Below, piece after piece: positions 38,733-42,859 of a stretch of DNA of 42,859 nucleotides; positions within the stretch are counted from its first letter, which is position 1, and each line of letters starts with the position of its first letter. This stretch comes from Candidatus Hodarchaeum mangrovi (GTDB lineage Archaea; Asgardarchaeota; Heimdallarchaeia; Hodarchaeales; Hodarchaeaceae). The stretch is taken from positions 1-42,859 of the forward strand of contig JAEOUE010000298.1 in the NCBI GenBank assembly GCA_016839515.1. The letters run 5' to 3'. The notes beneath the pieces were generated by a model that was given only the letters and a program-made list of their open reading frames with translations, searched no databases and was not told where the DNA came from. The translations under genes were made by a program, and so were the position numbers.

Positions 38733-38868
38733 CGCCGAGGGTGGGATTTTCAAATAGATAATTGCTTTTATCTATTTTTTGAACCCACGAGTGCAAAGCA
38801 CACCAGATTTCTAGTTCTAAACAAAGGTATCTCGAGTCTGGCGCCTTACCGAGCTTGGCTACCTCGGC
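38733..38868 (-). tRNA. tRNA-Ser(CGA) with two introns (37/38: 38830-38809; 59/60: 38777-38747)
   Basis: Acceptor stem GCCGAGG/CCTCGGC+G, anticodon arm CCAGA-CTCGAG|A-TCTGG, long variable arm, T arm GTGGG-TTCAAA|T-CCCAC; 83 nt after splicing. Confidence 0.92.
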
Positions 38869-38887
38869 TTTAATAATTTTCCTTAAA

Positions 38888-38972
38888 TGCGGGGGGTGAG
38901 ATTTGAACTCACGAACGTCTACACGACCAGGACCTGAACCTGACTCCTTTGACCAGACTGGGAAACCCCCGC
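38888..38972 (-). tRNA. tRNA-Leu(CAG), intronless
   Basis: Acceptor stem GCGGGGG/CCCCCGC+A, anticodon arm TCAGG-TTCAGGT-CCTGG, long variable arm, T arm GTGAG-TTCAAAT-CTCAC. Confidence 0.95.
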
Positions 38973-39184
38973 TTTATGTTTTTTTATCCTCGATTGATTT
39001 TTCAATGATTATTAATAATCTAAATTGATTACTGATTGATAATTAAGGAACTATAGAAGGGGATAGATAAGGATTTGGATCTTTATTAATTAGAAACAAT
39101 CAGGGGAACATATAAATAACTGCGATTAATAAATATTATCTATCCTGAATCGTTCCTTTCACTTGTTTTCGAGATTAGAAGCCA

Positions 39185-41914
39185 ATGAGCCAAACAACAA
39201 AAGCTATGAAACAGTATTTCGAGATCAAGAAGAAATTTCCCGATACCATTGTCTTTTTTCAATTAGGGGATTTTTATGAAACATTTTATGAAGATGCAAA
39301 ACTTGCATCAAAGGTTTTAGATATCACATTAACTTCACGAAAATCAAGAAAAGATGAAGAAAGAGGAATCCCATTGGCAGGTATTCCTGTGAAGGCATTA
39401 GATTCTTATATTAATAAGATGATAGAAGAAGGATATAAAGTAGCAATTGTTGATCAGTTAGAAGATGCTAAAAATGTTCCATCAGGAAAAATTGTAAAGC
39501 GAGGAGTAACGAGAGTTATAACTCCTGGGACTTTATTTGAACCTACCTTATTAAATAATAAAACAAATAACTTCCTATTAAGCATTGCTTTTAATGAAAA
39601 GAAAAATATGATTGGTGTTTCTTTTGTTGATATTTCAACAGGGGAATTTTTAGTTTCTGAATTTTCAGAGAACTCCCTAGATATGTTCCGGGATGAATTT
39701 ACACGATTTAAACCTTCAGAAATTATAATTCCAGATGTCACTAGAAAAGGAGAATTATATAAGGCGCTTCTCGATATTATCTCCTCTCCTCCAAAAATAA
39801 TGATTTCTCCCATTAATGAAACCCATTTTAATTATGATACTGCCCGATCTGCTTTACTGAACCATTTTGATGTAAAATCATTACAGGGATACGGTTGTGA
39901 GGCTATGATTGAGGGAGTAAGAGCAGCAGGTGCACTTATCATCTATCTATCAATGTTGAAAAAGGAATTTCCAAGTAATATTTCTTCTTTGAGGACAATA
40001 TCAAATAGGAATTATTTAACACTCGATTCTACTAGCCAAAGAAATCTTGAGATTGTTGGCAATGCTTTTGATGGTAGTATTCGTGGTAGTCTTTTATCGG
40101 TATTCAATGATATTAGTACATCGATGGGAGCACGTTTACTTAGAAGATGGTTATTGCAACCATTACGGGATAAAGAAATAATCTGCCAACGGTTAGATGC
40201 AGTGGAACAATTTCAGTCTAATCTTGAATTAGCTAGAGAAGTACAAGATCTTCTTACAAACATAACTGATTTTCAACGATTAATGACTAAAATAACGTAC
40301 AGTACTGTAAATGCAAAAGATTTGATCACTTTAAAACTATCATTAAAACTAAGCTTGGAAATTATTGGACTACTACATCATAATCAGGATCTAAATTCAT
40401 ATATTTGTAAGAAAATCACTAGTTTTAATTCTTCTCCACTAGAAAAAATACATCTGATCATTGAACATGCCATACTTGATAATCCACCAACAACATTAAA
40501 AGAAGGTAATCTTATCAAAGTATCTTATAATAAAGAGTTGGAAAATCTTCACAGACTTAAATCTAATCATAAATCAATTTTAAAGGAAATTCGTGAAAAA
40601 GAAGAGTCACGAGTTAATTTTAAGTTTAAAATCGGTTTCAATTCTGTTCATGGATATTACATAGAAGTTACCAAAGCTCAAATCCGCGAGGCTGGAGGAG
40701 ATGAAGCGATTCCAACCGATTATATACGAAGACAAACTCTTGTGAATGCTGAAAGATTCATTACTCCAGAACTTAAAGATTTTGAGGAAAAGAAGCTCAA
40801 TGTAGATGAAAGGATTAATGAATTGGAATATTTGATTTTTTGTGAAGTTCGTGATCAAGTTTCAGCCGTTGTTTCTCAAATCCGTTTTTTTGCTGAATTA
40901 CTTGCTGAATTAGATGTGATAATTTGTTATACATTTACCGCTATCCGTAATAGCTTTGTTAAACCTAAATTTGTAGAAGAAAAAGGTATTTTAATCACTA
41001 ATGGACGACACCCGGTTGTTGAATTACTTCAAAAAGAATCAGGATTTGTACCAAATAGTACTGATCTTAATCAGGGAGAACTTCATATCATAACTGGTCC
41101 AAATATGTCAGGGAAAAGTACTTTCATTCGACAGGTAGCAATTATTGTGTTAATGGCTCAAGCTGGTTCTTGGGTTCCTGCTAATGATTGTAGATTGAGT
41201 ATATTTGATAAAATTTTTACTAGAGTTGGGGCATTTGATCGTTTAGCTTTTGGTCAATCTACTTTCATGTTAGAGATGCTAGAAACGGCTCATATTCTAA
41301 ATAATAGTACTCGTGACTCTTTAGTCATCTTGGATGAAGTAGGAAGGGGCACAAGTACTTATGATGGATTATCATTAGCTTGGGCTATTGCTGAACACAT
41401 CGCTCGAAATATAAAATGTATGGCATTATTTGCTACTCATTATCACCAGCTCAGTGAATTAGAAAACTTTTCTAAACGAATAAAGAATTTTCATATGACT
41501 GCTATGGAGCGAAATGGAAAATTAATGCTATTGTATAAAATAAAAGAGGGATCAACGGATCATTCCTTTGGAATAAGTGTAGCAAAAATGGCTGGAATAC
41601 CAAATTCTGTAATATTATCTGCTCAAAAGAAGTTATTAAAATTAGAATCAATATCAGCAGAATATAATAGTGAGGTTGCCTCTGATAAAAAAGGGCCTCG
41701 ACAATTATCTTTAGTAGAAGCTTTGTCTAATGTTACAAATAAACAAGAAAGACTGAAAAAATTAGAAGACTTAAGGATTGAAATCCTTGCATTTCTTAAA
41801 AATTACATCAATATTGATATTAACTTTAAAACTCCCATTGAAGCTTTAAACGATCTTGAAGACATAATTAAAGAAATAAAAAGACTATATAATGAGATTC
41901 AGGAGGATTTATGA
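39185..41914 (+). CDS. mutS: DNA mismatch repair protein MutS (MutS1)
   Basis: GDFYETF (mismatch-binding FxE), ITGPNMSGKST, STFMLEM, LDEVGRGTS, ATHYH, SFGISVA. Confidence 0.97.
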   Translation: MSQTTKAMKQYFEIKKKFPDTIVFFQLGDFYETFYEDAKLASKVLDITLTSRKSRKDEERGIPLAGIPVKALDSYINKMIEEGYKVAIVDQLEDAKNVPSGKIVKRGVTRVITPGTLFEPTLLNNKTNNFLLSIAFNEKKNMIGVSFVDISTGEFLVSEFSENSLDMFRDEFTRFKPSEIIIPDVTRKGELYKALLDIISSPPKIMISPINETHFNYDTARSALLNHFDVKSLQGYGCEAMIEGVRAAGALIIYLSMLKKEFPSNISSLRTISNRNYLTLDSTSQRNLEIVGNAFDGSIRGSLLSVFNDISTSMGARLLRRWLLQPLRDKEIICQRLDAVEQFQSNLELAREVQDLLTNITDFQRLMTKITYSTVNAKDLITLKLSLKLSLEIIGLLHHNQDLNSYICKKITSFNSSPLEKIHLIIEHAILDNPPTTLKEGNLIKVSYNKELENLHRLKSNHKSILKEIREKEESRVNFKFKIGFNSVHGYYIEVTKAQIREAGGDEAIPTDYIRRQTLVNAERFITPELKDFEEKKLNVDERINELEYLIFCEVRDQVSAVVSQIRFFAELLAELDVIICYTFTAIRNSFVKPKFVEEKGILITNGRHPVVELLQKESGFVPNSTDLNQGELHIITGPNMSGKSTFIRQVAIIVLMAQAGSWVPANDCRLSIFDKIFTRVGAFDRLAFGQSTFMLEMLETAHILNNSTRDSLVILDEVGRGTSTYDGLSLAWAIAEHIARNIKCMALFATHYHQLSELENFSKRIKNFHMTAMERNGKLMLLYKIKEGSTDHSFGISVAKMAGIPNSVILSAQKKLLKLESISAEYNSEVASDKKGPRQLSLVEALSNVTNKQERLKKLEDLRIEILAFLKNYINIDINFKTPIEALNDLEDIIKEIKRLYNEIQEDL

Positions 41915-41918
41915 TCTA

Positions 41919-42859
41919 TTGCGAGTTCAGACTTTAGATCCCATATGTGTTAGTAAAATTGCAGCAGGAGAAGTTGTCGAAAGACCTGCTTCAGTAGTGA
42001 AAGAACTTCTGGAAAATTCTATTGATGCAAATGCTACTGAAATTCGTGTAATAATTAAAAATGGAGGTAAAGATTTAATTGAAATTCACGATAATGGTTC
42101 TGGAATAATCGCTGAAGATCTTCCTCTCGCCATTAAACGCCATACAACAAGTAAAATTCGTACCGAAGAAGATCTCAAAAAAATCTTAACTATGGGTTTT
42201 CGTGGTGAAGCACTTTATTCAATTGCTTCAGTATCTCGTTTTTCCATTTCTAGTCGTACCTCGAATGAAGAATTAGCAAGTATTATTTCAACAGAAGGAG
42301 ATGTTGAAAAATTTACAATTTCTGAAGAAATAAGGGCGTCTCCAGGAACAACTATTCGTGTAAGAGATTTATTTTTTAATTTTAACGTCCGAAGGAAATT
42401 CATGAAAAAAGCTAGTGTTGAAAAAGCCTACATTTATGAAATTGTTGCCCAATATGCAATTGCTAATCCCCTAATCACTTTTCAGTTTATTTCTGATGGA
42501 TTGGTAGAGTTTCAAACAATTAAAACATCATCAAATCTTCCTGTAATAAAAGAGACTCTAGGTGTAGATATTGTACAATCTATCATCGATATAGGAATAA
42601 ACCAAAAAAATGATATTTCAATACAGGGATACATTAGTAAACTGGGAAAATTACGAAGAAATCGAAAATATCAATATTTCTTTCTAAATAGAAGAAGAAT
42701 TGCATCTAATTTACTTCAAGAGGCGTTAGAAGAAGGATTTCATGACTACATGATGAAAGGCCATTATCCAATAGCTTTTCTTTTTATTGAGATGCCTCCT
42801 GATCAATATGATGTAAATATTCATCCACAAAAACGTGAGGTACTTTTTTTTGATGAACA
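41919..42859 (+). CDS. mutL: DNA mismatch repair protein MutL (partial, runs off the window)
   Basis: Manual translation from TTG at 41919: KIAAGEVVERPASVVKELLENSIDA, DNGSG, HTTSK, GFRGEAL, DVNIHPQKRE. Confidence 0.95.
   Translation, partial: MRVQTLDPICVSKIAAGEVVERPASVVKELLENSIDANATEIRVIIKNGGKDLIEIHDNGSGIIAEDLPLAIKRHTTSKIRTEEDLKKILTMGFRGEALYSIASVSRFSISSRTSNEELASIISTEGDVEKFTISEEIRASPGTTIRVRDLFFNFNVRRKFMKKASVEKAYIYEIVAQYAIANPLITFQFISDGLVEFQTIKTSSNLPVIKETLGVDIVQSIIDIGINQKNDISIQGYISKLGKLRRNRKYQYFFLNRRRIASNLLQEALEEGFHDYMMKGHYPIAFLFIEMPPDQYDVNIHPQKREVLFFDE

Noticed and set aside
31483-38972. Integrated mobile element between the DUF6788-like gene and the tRNAs
   Set aside because: No integrase, transposase, att-like duplication of a tRNA 3' end, or terminal repeats were seen.
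129-42403. Other short ORFs in the track nested in or antisense to real genes (e.g. 9483..9938, 10161..10448, 16375..16656, 37228..37521, 39454..39813)
   Set aside because: Shadow ORFs of well-supported genes in another frame or on the other strand.
1-42859. CRISPR array or rRNA genes
   Set aside because: No regularly spaced direct repeats and no long GC-rich non-coding stretch.

Overview
AT-rich archaeal chromosome segment, most likely from an Asgard archaeon (Heimdallarchaeia/Hodarchaeales-like). This assignment is inferred from the single-chain Rpo2, an AglB/STT3 with eukaryote-type SVSE/DK motifs, MutS1-MutL, and the scrambled ribosomal operons. The window is mostly core genes: a polyamine/hypusine cluster (speB, fold-III decarboxylase, dys), a shuffled translation/transcription block (eL34, truD, uL11, uL1, eL39, eL31, eIF6, eL20, pfdA, ftsY, uL10, spt5, secE, rpo2), valS, aglB, a PolD DP1-family gene, cdc6/orc1 with a nearby probable replication origin, GDPD, an M20 peptidase, a MoxR/vWA pair, two tRNAs, and mutS-mutL. 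The main discovery is a candidate programmed -1 ribosomal frameshift at the MoxR-vWA junction. The MoxR ORF ends in U_UUU_UUA followed by UAA, with a GC-rich hairpin 6 nt downstream and an SD-like AGGGG 10 nt upstream. A shift would lead into 64 start-less open codons and then the vWA ORF, so one locus could make both a 293-aa ATPase and a ~649-aa ATPase-vWA fusion. Other notable items: a tRNA-Ser(CGA) with two introns (one in the T-loop with a perfect BHB motif), ORB elements interleaved with a repeated ATTCACA motif and three small winged-helix genes, a Cren7-like/winged-helix fusion protein, and a promoter-linked structured RNA upstream of valS.
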